A DNA stretch of 63,688 nt, counting the filler, from an uncultured Chlamydiae bacterium (GTDB lineage: Bacteria > Chlamydiota > Chlamydiia > Chlamydiales > SM23-39): assembly GCA_937899275.1 (NCBI GenBank). It is 4 parts of 4 records of this genome, joined end to end, with 100 filler letters (N's around TTAATTAATTAA, not from the genome) between each part and the next. Parts side by side here need not be neighbours in the genome. Positions count along the whole stretch, not along the records: positions 1 to 30,337 come from CALBPE010000036.1; positions 30,438 to 60,252 come from CALBPE010000037.1; 2 more parts are not named here. One strand, given 5' to 3'. Positions 21,188 through 31,309 of this stretch are shown piece after piece. Every line of letters starts with the position of its first letter. Position 1 is the stretch's first letter. Under the pieces are notes generated by a model that was not told where the DNA came from, ran no database searches, and worked only from the letters and a program-made list of their open reading frames with translations. The translations under genes and the position numbers were made by a program.

Positions 21188-22189
21188 TTAGCGCACATGG
21201 GCAGCTACATCTCGCAGAATAGCGACTATCGTAACATTGATATTGCAGAAGAATTCTTGTAGCTTATCCTCTCCGCTATTGTTTTGTAGCGAAGCTAAGA
21301 TCTTTTGGAGTTCTGCCTCTGTTCTGCCCATAGGCGACTGGAAAAAGGCGCGTAAAAAAGCGCTCAAAGGGGATTCTGTTTTAATGATCAGTTCAGAGAT
21401 TGCTTTGATGTTGTCTCTTATATCGGGACGGGCTTGAGAAACAGAGCTTGCCTTAAGGCCAGCTACAACAGATAAAAAGATCATGCCCAAAGATAGCATA
21501 GACGGATAGATATCAGATCGGATGATACCTCCTTTTTCTTTTCCTTTTTCTATCAGCTTTTGTTCTCTTCTTGTTTTGCTATGGGCTTGATCCATACGTA
21601 GCTGCGTAAATACAGACCGGTACTCTTTCATCAAATTCATCAGAAGAACATGCAGCCTTTGATACTGCTGGGGCTTGGGCTCTTTTGTATTTTCTTCGCG
21701 CATTTCTTTTACTATGTCTGCAACGCCTTCGCATAGTTCAATGGATTTTTCTTCTACTCGGATTTTTTCCGCATCGGGAAGTGCGTCGAGTACAGGAGAA
21801 AGATCTACAGGAGCGGCCTCTTGTTTTTCTAAGCTATTTGGATTTTGCCCGAAAGGCTCTTTTGCAAGATCAAATATAGAGTTAGGAGTAGGGGGGATTT
21901 CAGCTGGTTGAGAAAGCTTTTGACCCGCAGCATAAGCAGCGTCACTAGAGACTTTGTTATCTTTTTCTAAGGTGACTCTACCTTTTAATGGAGAGTTTTC
22001 TTCAGAGAAAACAAACTGCGTTTTGGGTGCTTCCAGATTTTGGATGGCTTTTTTGCTTACTTCTTTTACTTGGTCTACACTTTGGTCTAAACCTGGGTCT
22101 ACATCTGCATTGGGGATTGTAGGAGAAAGTTGTGGTAGTTCTGTAAGGGGTAGTGCTAGTAAGTCGTCTTCAATATCATCTATTTCCAT
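21188..22189 (-). CDS. Putative T3SS minor translocator-like protein (CopD2 position)
   Basis: Acidic/Pro-rich N-terminus, coiled coil, one hydrophobic helix (MLSLGMIFLSVVAGL); last gene of the LcrH cluster. Confidence 0.55.
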   Translation of the reverse strand: MEIDDIEDDLLALPLTELPQLSPTIPNADVDPGLDQSVDQVKEVSKKAIQNLEAPKTQFVFSEENSPLKGRVTLEKDNKVSSDAAYAAGQKLSQPAEIPPTPNSIFDLAKEPFGQNPNSLEKQEAAPVDLSPVLDALPDAEKIRVEEKSIELCEGVADIVKEMREENTKEPKPQQYQRLHVLLMNLMKEYRSVFTQLRMDQAHSKTRREQKLIEKGKEKGGIIRSDIYPSMLSLGMIFLSVVAGLKASSVSQARPDIRDNIKAISELIIKTESPLSAFLRAFFQSPMGRTEAELQKILASLQNNSGEDKLQEFFCNINVTIVAILRDVAAHVR

Positions 22190-22257
22190 AAACTATAACC
22201 TCCAAATTTGGAATTTCATTGTAATCGCGTAAAAGGGTTTATATCTAGATCTTTTTA
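22190..22257 (-). promoter_or_regulatory. Duplicated promoter/RBS block, copy A
   Basis: TAGATA-N18-TACAAT ... GGAGGT RBS; 55/68 nt identical to 24413-24480 without gaps. Confidence 0.75.
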
Positions 22258-22317
22258 TTGATTAAAACAAGAAGGAGCTCTTTGCTCAGCAATCTCAATA
22301 CCGATGAGTTGCAACGT

Positions 22318-23250
22318 TTAATGAATGCGAGTTTTTTGCATGAGCCTTTCGAATTCTTGGATAATGGTTAAAAGGTTTCGATTCCATATAGACTGCGCGT
22401 CTGCTTGTTTTTTTATAATACCTGTAAGCGTTTTAGTGTTTGCATCTGAGATTGTTTTCTCTACTTCAAGGCGCGTGAGATGGAGGATTTCTTTTATTCG
22501 GTCTTGTTCTGCTGCAAATTTTCCTACTTCTCCAGTTCCTCTTGCTATATTCGTAAAAGCAAGACAAAAACCGGTGATCGCCTCGGGAAGCTCTCTAAGA
22601 CCTAGTCGAAGCGCTTCTTGACCTGCTGCGTATCCAGCAGCTAAAGAGCCTAAGGAAGATACGAGTGAAAGCCCTGTGTGCATGCCGGTAGCAAGTTGCC
22701 TTTGTTTTTCAGGATCATCTGTTAGTAATTTTGCAGCGCTATCAAAAGCTCCAGTATAAGAAGCTACCTTTGCAGCGCCGCCTATAGCAGCTGCACCTAC
22801 CATAGCGTAGCCATAAACTGCTTCATTTTCGCCGCTAATAGCAAGAGCAAGCCCGCACATAAGAGAAAAAGAAGCCGAAACGTACTCAATTACCTCAATA
22901 CATGTTTTCCACCGGTTGACTGCATCTTTTTTTTCTTCAGCGCTGAATGTGCAGCCATTTGCCTCTCTTACAATGCGTTTTAATCTACCCATTTCTTGAC
23001 GAGCAGCTTTTATAGTTGACTGAACTATTTTTACTACTAATTTCTGTCCTGCAGTGGTTGTTTTGATGAGTTCTCCTACAAAAAAAGGGGAAAGAGGTGG
23101 AGAGATGATATGTTGTATTTCTGATGGCAACAGCTCATCTATGGAAGGCTCTTGGGAGCCTGTATCTAGATTTTGGAGGCCTTGGGGGTTTTGGTATAAT
23201 GCGCTAGGTGCATTTGCAGTCTGGTAACGATAGGTGTGATCAATGCCCAT
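22318..23250 (-). CDS. Putative T3SS major translocator-like protein (CopB2 position)
   Basis: Two long Gly/Ala-rich hydrophobic segments flanked by coiled coils; start overlaps the TPR chaperone gene. Confidence 0.65.
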   Translation of the reverse strand: MGIDHTYRYQTANAPSALYQNPQGLQNLDTGSQEPSIDELLPSEIQHIISPPLSPFFVGELIKTTTAGQKLVVKIVQSTIKAARQEMGRLKRIVREANGCTFSAEEKKDAVNRWKTCIEVIEYVSASFSLMCGLALAISGENEAVYGYAMVGAAAIGGAAKVASYTGAFDSAAKLLTDDPEKQRQLATGMHTGLSLVSSLGSLAAGYAAGQEALRLGLRELPEAITGFCLAFTNIARGTGEVGKFAAEQDRIKEILHLTRLEVEKTISDANTKTLTGIIKKQADAQSIWNRNLLTIIQEFERLMQKTRIH

Positions 23251-23626
23251 AAGAAAACTCCTTTTTGGCTGCTTGTTTCATTTGTGCGATGTTTTCCTTT
23301 AACTTCGGATCGAGGTTGTATTTTTCCGCTGCATCTAAGTAATCAAATCCTTCTTTTTCTTCTTTTGCATGAAATGCGCATATAGCTGCTTGAAGATATA
23401 GCGAAGGCTCATCGGTAAGAGTCTCTAGCGCTTTTCTCCAAGCAATCAGCGCGATTTCATAGCGCTTTTGCTGCTGCAAACAAGCAGCTACACCATTCCA
23501 GCAGTAAGGGGAGGAGGGGTTTTGCAGCACCAGCTGCTGAAATAGCGAAAGAGCGTCGGAAAAATTTCCTTCTTCATAAAAAGAAGAGGCTTTTTGGAAA
23601 AGATCCTGATCAAAAGATGCATTCAT
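23240..23626 (-). CDS. SycD/LcrH family class II T3SS chaperone (TPR)
   Basis: 128 aa with three TPRs (ASSFYEEGNFSDALSLFQQLVLQNP..WNGVAACLQQQKRYEIAL..PSLYLQAAIC), directly upstream of translocator-like genes. Confidence 0.8.
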   Translation of the reverse strand: MNASFDQDLFQKASSFYEEGNFSDALSLFQQLVLQNPSSPYCWNGVAACLQQQKRYEIALIAWRKALETLTDEPSLYLQAAICAFHAKEEKEGFDYLDAAEKYNLDPKLKENIAQMKQAAKKEFSYGH

Positions 23627-23632
23627 AAAAGG

Positions 23633-24412
23633 TTAACGGATGCTGTTTCTATTGATGCTTCGGATAAAGCTATCTTGTCCTTCAAGCGCTTTTTGAAGGC
23701 CTGATACAAGCTCTGTTAAAGCAGAAAGGATCTGCTGGGCTTCCATTGCATTTTGCGACGCTTGTTCAGGTAAGATCCTAAGAAGTAGCCCCACCTCTCC
23801 ACAGAGTTTTTTGCATTCAGAAAGTTTGAAGATGCGCTTGCCTTCTGGGATGATTTCTTTTTCTTCTAATACAGCAAGGGCTTTTGCAAATTTAGGATCC
23901 TCAAAAGACATTTCTTTTGGAGAATCATGAATATTTGCTTCTAATTCTGAAAAGACTTTTTGCAGATCTTGCATCTGCTGAAAAATCGTTTTATTTTCCG
24001 CGATTTTCTTTTGCCCTTCTATATTGCTGATTTTTTCTTTCTTATTGTAAGCTTTTATGAGCTCAAGTGTAGGATTTACGTTTTTTATTTTTTTTGTAGG
24101 AGGCTCTTTTGCAAGATCAAATAGGGAGCCGGGAGCATCTTTACGCTTAGAGGCGCCTTGACGAAGCTTATTTAGAGGTGGAATATTTTCTGATCCTTCT
24201 GGAGCTGCAGTAACTTTACCTTGTAGTGACGGCTCTTCATTAGAAAAAGCAAATGTGGTTTTTTCTACCTTAGTTTGTTCAATCGTTTTTTGTCCCAACT
24301 CTGTCACTTCTTCTACATTAGGAATGGTATGAGAAGACTTTTTCGGCGCGTTGCAATGAGGGCAATCTACTTGTACTTCATCTATCGGTACTTCATCAAA
24401 ATCAACTGTCAT
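23633..24412 (-). CDS. Hypothetical coiled-coil protein upstream of the LcrH-like gene (CT863 position)
   Basis: 259 aa; N-terminus similar to 21188..22189; amphipathic C-terminal helices. Confidence 0.7.
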   Translation of the reverse strand: MTVDFDEVPIDEVQVDCPHCNAPKKSSHTIPNVEEVTELGQKTIEQTKVEKTTFAFSNEEPSLQGKVTAAPEGSENIPPLNKLRQGASKRKDAPGSLFDLAKEPPTKKIKNVNPTLELIKAYNKKEKISNIEGQKKIAENKTIFQQMQDLQKVFSELEANIHDSPKEMSFEDPKFAKALAVLEEKEIIPEGKRIFKLSECKKLCGEVGLLLRILPEQASQNAMEAQQILSALTELVSGLQKALEGQDSFIRSINRNSIR

Positions 24413-24480
24413 AATCTATAACCTCCAGGCTTGGAATTTTATTCTAATCGTCTAAAGGAGTTTAGATCTAGCTATTTTTA
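24413..24480 (-). promoter_or_regulatory. Duplicated promoter/RBS block, copy B
   Basis: TAGATC-N18-TAGAAT ... GGAGGT RBS; same offset to ATG as copy A. Confidence 0.75.
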
Positions 24481-24503
24481 CCTACACTTTTGTAATGCGC
24501 AGT

Positions 24504-27500
24504 TTAGTAGTTGTAATTCCAGCGGATGGAAAATTTACCCTGTTCTTGTTGTTGGATGGTTTCTGCTTCAAAGATGAATCCTTTTCGCAAATCAATTTGT
24601 ACAGCTACATTACTCGACCCTGCTTCTAACCCTTGGCTAAAGGTAACGAGAACTCCATTCACAACGTATTTTCCCACTTGTAGAGCAGAGCTTTCTGTGC
24701 TGCTATCATCATCTTGACGTTTTCCCGGTGTGTGCACCACAGCTAAACGATCAATACCCAGCGTTTTTCTTGTTGCCTGAAAAATATCTGATCCCTGTCC
24801 CGATAGCGAAGCTGCTGTTGCAGCTAAAGTAGCTGTTTGGAAAATGGTTAGTTCGGATATGTCTTCACCAAAAATCAAAAGCGACAAAATACTGGATAAA
24901 GGAAGAGAAGGGGTAGAAGAAAAGGAGAGGTCAGGGCGGTTTAATTGCCCTTTTAAACTAGCAGTAATATTTGTTCCAAGAACAGCGGTGGTTGCTGCAA
25001 TGCGAAAAGTAGGTATGGGATTTTCTGGAGTGAAAATAAACGATCCTTCCGTAAGATCAAACGATCTTCCTGCAAATATGAAGTTGCCTTGCGCTAAGTT
25101 CAATGTCCCTTTTGTTTTGATCTGATCGTATGTTCCTCCCAATTGAAAATCCCCCTGCCATCTAGAATTAAGCCCTCTGCCTTCGATATAGATGTTTCTA
25201 CCAGAAGAAACGCGCATATCGAGTTATAGGGGGTAGGGATCATTTCTATCTAAACGAGGTGTCAAGCGAGTAGATTCTTTATTTGTGAGAGGGATTGAAG
25301 GGATGCTAGGAGGCAGGCTTTCTGGTAGAGAAAACCGCGCTTCTACAACGCGGATATCGCCTTTAGCAGTAGCGCCTTTTGCATTTCCTTTGATGCTGGC
25401 TTTACCTTTTGCTGCAGCTAAAGCAATGGGGATATCCACAAGGATAAGGTCTTGTAAATGCGCTTCTATTTCAAAGGGAAAATGCTTTTTTTGATTAAAA
25501 GAAAAAAAAGCCGATCCATAAACCGCGCCGCCGCTATCATCAAATCCTTCCCATCTAGGGCATCTGCATACCGATCCGTTGCAGGAAAAATCTGCGCTTA
25601 GATCTTCAAAATAACTTCCCGTATAGTAGTTTTCATAGATTCCGTCTTTTACTAGAAGCTCTCCTTTCACTTGGGGACGTAAAACAGTTCCTGCAAAATG
25701 TAGGTCAGCAAAGACAAATGCTTGCAATCGATGGGGGCCGGTGTTGATGAAATCGAGTAGATCTTCTGCTTTTGCATCGTACAAAAGGTGGAGATCTACT
25801 TCCTTTAGTGGGGGCACGTAAGCCTGAAAAGGTGCGAGCGATAGATGCAGGGGAAGCGTTCCTTGCATTTTGAATAGCTCGTTTTCTCTGATCGCACAAG
25901 AAAGGTCTATACTCATGTGATCATTTTCTAAAGAAGCACGGATCTTCCCAGATAAAGACGTCTCTTCAGATCGATTCGTCGTATCTTTTTCCGTTAGAGG
26001 TGTAGACGATGCCAGGTTTAATGAGTCTAGCGTTAATGTGTCTATTGTACTTTCTAAAGAGCCTGTTGTTTTTCCTCCAATTTCCTCAATAGACAGCTTG
26101 CAAGAGCCTTTTCCCTTTACAGGGATAGAAAATGGATTTACTGAAAATATCTGCAGCGGACAATCCACAAATGTTAGAAAAGCTCGTTTCTTGTCTTCTG
26201 TAATAGACACTTCTGCCGACAAAAACCCTTCTGGAAAACGCATTGTACATGGAGTTAATTGCGCGCTTTTAAAAGAAGAGCGCCACTGAAACGGCTCTTC
26301 TAAAAAAAAGGCTTCCTTTGCAATCAATCCACTAAGCTCTTGCATGGTTAACAAAACTTCTTGTTTTTCTGCGCGCCAAAACCCTTGGGCCTTTATTGCT
26401 AACTCTTCTCCCCATGTCCCTGATACATCAAGTTGAAAGGGGTAGTTTTCTTGGGAGTTATTGCTAGATGCCTCAACTCTAGTGAATAGAGCGTTTCGGT
26501 AGCGCATATTGCTAGCTGCAGCTGAAACCTCCCAAAAAGGGTGAGAAGAAAATGTATAGTCTACTAAAACCGTAGCCGTCTCTGCATAGACATCTTCGTA
26601 AAGTGCGTTTTCAAGGGTAATATCTAAAAACGCTTTTTGCTCTTCTTCATGTGAGAAGGTGATCTTTGTTTCAGCAGATCCTTGGATGCGCGTTTCTTGT
26701 GGAAGAAAAAGCCACGTCGATAGGTTTTCTACTGCAAGCAATAGCTCTCCTTCTGCATACCCTTTTCTATATAAACTACACCCTCCTTCCACTTTACCTA
26801 AGCTGGAGGTAATCAGGCTTTTTTCCAGCTCTATTTTTTCTGGATTGATGAACATAGTAGAAAAACCGGTGATTTCTTGACCGAAGATCGATGCATCTAT
26901 ATGCAAAGGACCTGTAAAAGCCTTATTCTGTACGGTTCCTTCCGTAGCTAAAGAGCATGAAGAAATAGCATACTCTCCAAATGTCAAATCGTTTCCTGTA
27001 AGTTGCAGCGCGATACCTAATCCTTCTTCCGTTGTTTTAGCCGTGATATGAGAATGGAGCTTTCCCTTAGTAAACGATAGAAAAGCTCCTTTAAGAGGCG
27101 TTAGATCAAGCTGAAGATCTGCTTTTTGTAACGTATTTTCTTCTACTTCTAAAGAGCCTTCTAACTGCAATGTAGGAGAAAATGCCTTGAGATTTTCTAG
27201 CTGAAAAAAGCGGTTTGAAAAAAGAGCTATATCTCCTCGCATTTTGCCTATCCTACCTAAAAATGGACGGATAGATGAGGATCTAGGCGTCTTAAAAACG
27301 CCATAAATAGATCCATTTAGCGTCTCTACCTCTTCTTCTGGGCGGAATAACAGCTTTTGTAGTGCTGTATGACTAAAAGCGAAGTCAACATAGAGTGAAG
27401 TGGAAAGCGCGGGGGTTTTCTGCAAAAAAATAGGCTGCTTGATCGAGCAGGAAAAAGCGCCTTTTTTTCCTTCTGTACTTTGCAGATGCATCCGCAAGAG

Positions 27501-28085
27501 ATGCGCGCCCTTATCTGTAGATAGCTTTGCTGCATCTTTTGGATCGATCACAGTACAATCTAGCGAGAAATTTATAGAAGATCCCTTTTTCCCAATAAAA
27601 AGATCTCCTCGAAAAGAGGCGTTTTTTTCAGTATCTAAGGGTAGTTTGATTCCAAAGATGTGAATAGAGCTGATCTCTATAGCTAAAGGAATCGCCGTAT
27701 CAGTAGGTGTGTCTGCAGGTTGTACATAAGTATACGAAGTCGCGTCAATAACCAATGAGCCGATAGAGATCCTATCGAAGCGTCCTGTAGAAGCTAACAA
27801 AGCCTGCCATAACATAGAAAAATTAGGCGCAATAGAGACTTTTTTTGCTTTAAACTCCACCTTACTTGATGCAATGTATACATCTTGCACATGAAATGAC
27901 AGCGGCATAAGCCCCGATATATCGCTATACTCTACAGATAGGCCTTCACGTTTTGCTAGATCGTTAATTGTATCTTTCAAGCGCCTTTTAGCGTAAGGCG
28001 TTTGGAGAAAACCTACTACACCAATACAAGCAAGAGATAGTAGCAAAAGTAGCGTATATACACTGTATTTTATCAATCGGATCAA
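24504..28085 (-). CDS. tamB: Translocation/assembly module TamB, interrupted by in-frame TAA at 25224-25226
   Basis: N-terminal TM, long beta-rich body and TamB-type C-terminus (GRGLNSRWQG, VGKYV, IRWNYNY); YPL*LDMRVS joins the two ORFs; directly follows tamA. Confidence 0.85.
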
Positions 28086-29821
28086 AAGGTTTGCCCTATG
28101 CTAATGTAAATTTTATATGTATCATCAAAAGGACGTTTATTTAAGGGAAATCCCACATCCAATCGAAGAGGGCCAAAAAATAAAAAGTAGCGAAGCCCTA
28201 CGCCCACAGATTTGAGCCATTTACCGCGCATGTCTGGAAACGCCGCATCTCCCACTTTGCCGATATCAAAAAAGGGGACAACTCCGATAGTTTCCGTAAG
28301 ACGCATCCGCATCTCTAAACTGTTGTAAATAGCTGATCTTCCCCCTGTGGGATCGCCTTCTTTATTTAACGGACTCACGGTTTTATACCGGTAGCCTCGA
28401 AGGTTTTCATCAGAGCCTCCTAAAAATCTTTTCGTAAACGGAATACGGTTTAAAGAAGATCCTGCAATAGAGCCTACCTGGCTTCTTATTGCAAACACAA
28501 GAAAGCGGTTTTCCATCAGAGGAAAATAGGTGTTGATTGTCATGAGCTGCTTACAAAACGTGGTATGCGTAGGAGCTACTGCTGTATACGGAGCAAATTT
28601 GTAGATGATGATCATCCCTTTTGTGGTATTCAGTAGGTTATCTACATTTCTATAGCGGAAAGAAAAAGGGGCGCTGACAAGGGAAAAATGGTTGTTTGCA
28701 ATGCTTTTATTCACATCGATATGAGATGCGCCAAGACCTATAGACAGAAAAAAATGGTTTTGCCACTCCCTTTCAATCCGCTGCAATAAAGTATAGGTCC
28801 TAGCAAGATATACGGTGATATCTTCCCTTGCCATTTCAGCTCTTGCAAGGTAGCTTTGGTTTTTATGAAAAAAATCGGGCACTTTGTAAGAAAGGCTTCC
28901 TACGCTGTAGGTTTTCGCTACGTCAAGATCAAAAGCGAGTATATGGCCTTCGCCTGCAATATTGCGGTTTTGCCATCCGATCGATGCACCTGGACCATCG
29001 ATTGTTGCATACGATACCCCTATGCCGATATTTTTGTGTTTCGATTCTGCTATTTGTAGTTTGATGGGAAGCTCGCCCTCTTCATCTAGCTCTTCTCCAT
29101 GTGTAAATAAGACAGAGCTAAATAACTGGGTGTCAATCAGCCTTTTTTGCGAAGCTTCCACTAGGTTTTCATCATAGAGATCTCCTTCTTGAAACTGCAT
29201 TTTTCTCACCACATAATCGGTTTTCACGCTTTTTAGCCCTGTGATGAGTAGAGGGCCAAAACGGGTTTTAGGCCCGCTATCGACTACGATAGTTCCATGA
29301 ATGGTTTTTTTCTTACGATCAATGGAATAATTTTCTTTTTGCACTTGCGCAAGTGGGTAGTTTCTGTCGGCTAAAAACCGAAGGAGCTTTTTAGGGGATA
29401 GTAGCACCGTTTTTGCATCGACAAAATCACCCTTTTTAAGGCCAATATCTTGCATAAGAAGCGCAGGTTTTTCCACGTCATGCAGATACTGTAGTTTGAA
29501 TAACCCGATCTTATAACGCATCCCTGGGTAGATCAGTAAGCGGACAGTTACAGGATGGGTATCTTGTTCGATTTCTGGATAGATCGCTGCATCATAATAG
29601 CCAAAAGCGTGCAGTACTTGATACAATTTAGGAAGATCTGATTGCACGCGGTATTCCAATGCGCGGACTGATGGAGGAAAGCGGTTTTTCAGCAGCACTA
29701 GCTCAGAGCTTTTTTCCAAAGCAACTTCTACTATTTTTTCTTCTACTCCGTTAAATACTACATTGTATTGTACCGATCCAAAAAAAAGTGTAGGAGTCAA
29801 GATCCAAACAAACCATTTCAC
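28082..29821 (-). CDS. tamA: TamA/Omp85 family outer membrane protein
   Basis: POTRA-like region, LRGYRY motif, GPLRLDVGFP and C-terminal IGQTF; likely GTG start at 29821 with a signal peptide. Confidence 0.9.
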   Translation of the reverse strand: MKWFVWILTPTLFFGSVQYNVVFNGVEEKIVEVALEKSSELVLLKNRFPPSVRALEYRVQSDLPKLYQVLHAFGYYDAAIYPEIEQDTHPVTVRLLIYPGMRYKIGLFKLQYLHDVEKPALLMQDIGLKKGDFVDAKTVLLSPKKLLRFLADRNYPLAQVQKENYSIDRKKKTIHGTIVVDSGPKTRFGPLLITGLKSVKTDYVVRKMQFQEGDLYDENLVEASQKRLIDTQLFSSVLFTHGEELDEEGELPIKLQIAESKHKNIGIGVSYATIDGPGASIGWQNRNIAGEGHILAFDLDVAKTYSVGSLSYKVPDFFHKNQSYLARAEMAREDITVYLARTYTLLQRIEREWQNHFFLSIGLGASHIDVNKSIANNHFSLVSAPFSFRYRNVDNLLNTTKGMIIIYKFAPYTAVAPTHTTFCKQLMTINTYFPLMENRFLVFAIRSQVGSIAGSSLNRIPFTKRFLGGSDENLRGYRYKTVSPLNKEGDPTGGRSAIYNSLEMRMRLTETIGVVPFFDIGKVGDAAFPDMRGKWLKSVGVGLRYFLFFGPLRLDVGFPLNKRPFDDTYKIYISIGQTF

Positions 29822-29885
29822 GTTGAAGTACTTCCATTTATTTTGGATCTTCCTATAATCAATTTTTATTGAAAAGAGGTTTTCT

Positions 29886-30257
29886 ATGCTGCAGCTTGCC
29901 ACATCTAATGAGTCGCTTTTCGCCGAAGGAAAAAAGGTGATTCCAGGGGGGGTGAATTCACCTATACGCTCCTGGAAAGATCTAGGTAAAGATCCGTTCA
30001 TTGCAAGCTACGGAAAAGGAGATCTCATCACCGATATCGAAGGCAATCACTACATAGATTATTGCATGAGTTTTGGCGCTTTGATTTTAGGACATGCCCA
30101 CCCATCTCCTGTAAAAGCGGCTATTGAAGCAATTCAAAAAGGTTCTACTTTTGGCGTGCATACGCCGTATGAAACGGCTCTTGCAAAGCTGATTACCTCT
30201 TCCATCTCTTTTTGTGAAAAGGTCCGTTTTGTATCGACAGGAACAGAGGCTTTATGA
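29886..30257 (+). CDS. hemL: Glutamate-1-semialdehyde 2,1-aminomutase, 5' part (truncated near contig end)
   Basis: IPGGVNSPIR, YIDYC, ILGHAHP and VRFVSTGTEA motifs; sequence degenerates just before the gap. Confidence 0.92.
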   Translation: MLQLATSNESLFAEGKKVIPGGVNSPIRSWKDLGKDPFIASYGKGDLITDIEGNHYIDYCMSFGALILGHAHPSPVKAAIEAIQKGSTFGVHTPYETALAKLITSSISFCEKVRFVSTGTEAL

Positions 30258-30337
30258 TCAGAGATACGATAGTCAAGCGGCAAAACCACAAAAACATACA
30301 ACACTCGCCGCCCCCCCCCCTCCCCGCCCAAACCCCT

Positions 30338-30437
30338 NNNNNNNNNNNNNNNNNNNNNNNNNNNNNNNNNNNNNNNNNNNNTTAATTAATTAANNNNNNN
30401 NNNNNNNNNNNNNNNNNNNNNNNNNNNNNNNNNNNNN
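30338..30437. other. Contig spacer (N run with TTAATTAATTAA six-frame stop linker)
   Basis: Seen directly. Confidence 0.98.
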
Positions 30438-31299
30438 GACGAAAGGCATGGTAGAGCGCTGGGGTGATGAAAGAGTCATCGACACACCGATTGCGGAAAA
30501 TGGATTCGCCGGCCTTGCTTTAGGAGCAGCAATGACAGGTCTTCGTCCTATCGTTGAATTTATGAGCTTTAATTTTTCTTTTGTAGCAGCAGATCAGCTG
30601 ATTTCTACTGCATGTAAGCAGTATTATATGTCGGGAGGGCGCTTTTCTGTTCCGATTGTTTTTCGAGGTCCTAACGGCTCGGCTGCACAGGTAAGTTGTC
30701 AACATTCTCACTGCGTCGAATCCATCTACGGCACACTACCTGGATGGATCGTGGTTTCTCCTTCAAATGCCTACGATGCAAAGGGATTATTAAAATCTTC
30801 GATTCGAGCCAACTGCCCTGTCATTTTTCTGGAAAATGAACTGGATTATGGCGACACTATGGAGATTCCTGAAGAGGAATACCTCCTTCCTTTAGGCAAG
30901 GCCAATATCGTCCGCCCGGGAGAAGATATCACGCTGATTTCCTACAGCAGAATGCTCAAACTCTGCCTAGTAGCTGCTAAGGAAATGGCAAAAAAAGGTG
31001 TCAATGTAGAAGTCATTGACCTTCGCACAATTAAGCCGTTAGATATAGCTCTTATCGCGCAGTCGGTGAAAAAAACGCACCGCTGCGTTGTTGTAGAAGA
31101 AGGGCATCTTTTTGCAGGGATCTCTTCAGAAATCGGATTTCAGATTATGGAACATTGTTTTGACTACCTTGATCATAGGGTAATTCGGGTGTGTCAAAAA
31201 GAAACCCCCATGCCCTATTCTAAACCTTTAGAATACGCTACTTTGCCCAACCCAGAGCGGATTATTGAGGCATTAGAAAAAGTGCAGCAGGGATTATAA
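30438..31299 (+). CDS. pdhB: Pyruvate dehydrogenase E1 beta subunit (5'-partial)
   Basis: RVIDTPIAENGFAG, GLRPIVEFM and EVIDLRTIKPLD motifs. Confidence 0.95.
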
Positions 31300-31309
31300 A
31301 GGACTGTTT

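Noticed and set aside
22190..24480. Sigma28 promoter, or IS/transposon ends, in the duplicated block
   Set aside because: TAAA and CGAT elements are present but the spacing does not fit sigma28. The copies are direct, diverged and tied to start codons, and no transposase is present.
29822..30001. N-terminal extension of TamA overlapping hemL
   Set aside because: This is an antisense read of hemL; a signal peptide begins at GTG 29821.
30250..30337. hemL pseudogene and poly-C tract or G-quadruplex
   Set aside because: The sequence degrades progressively into low-complexity bases at a contig end, typical of a low-quality read tail.
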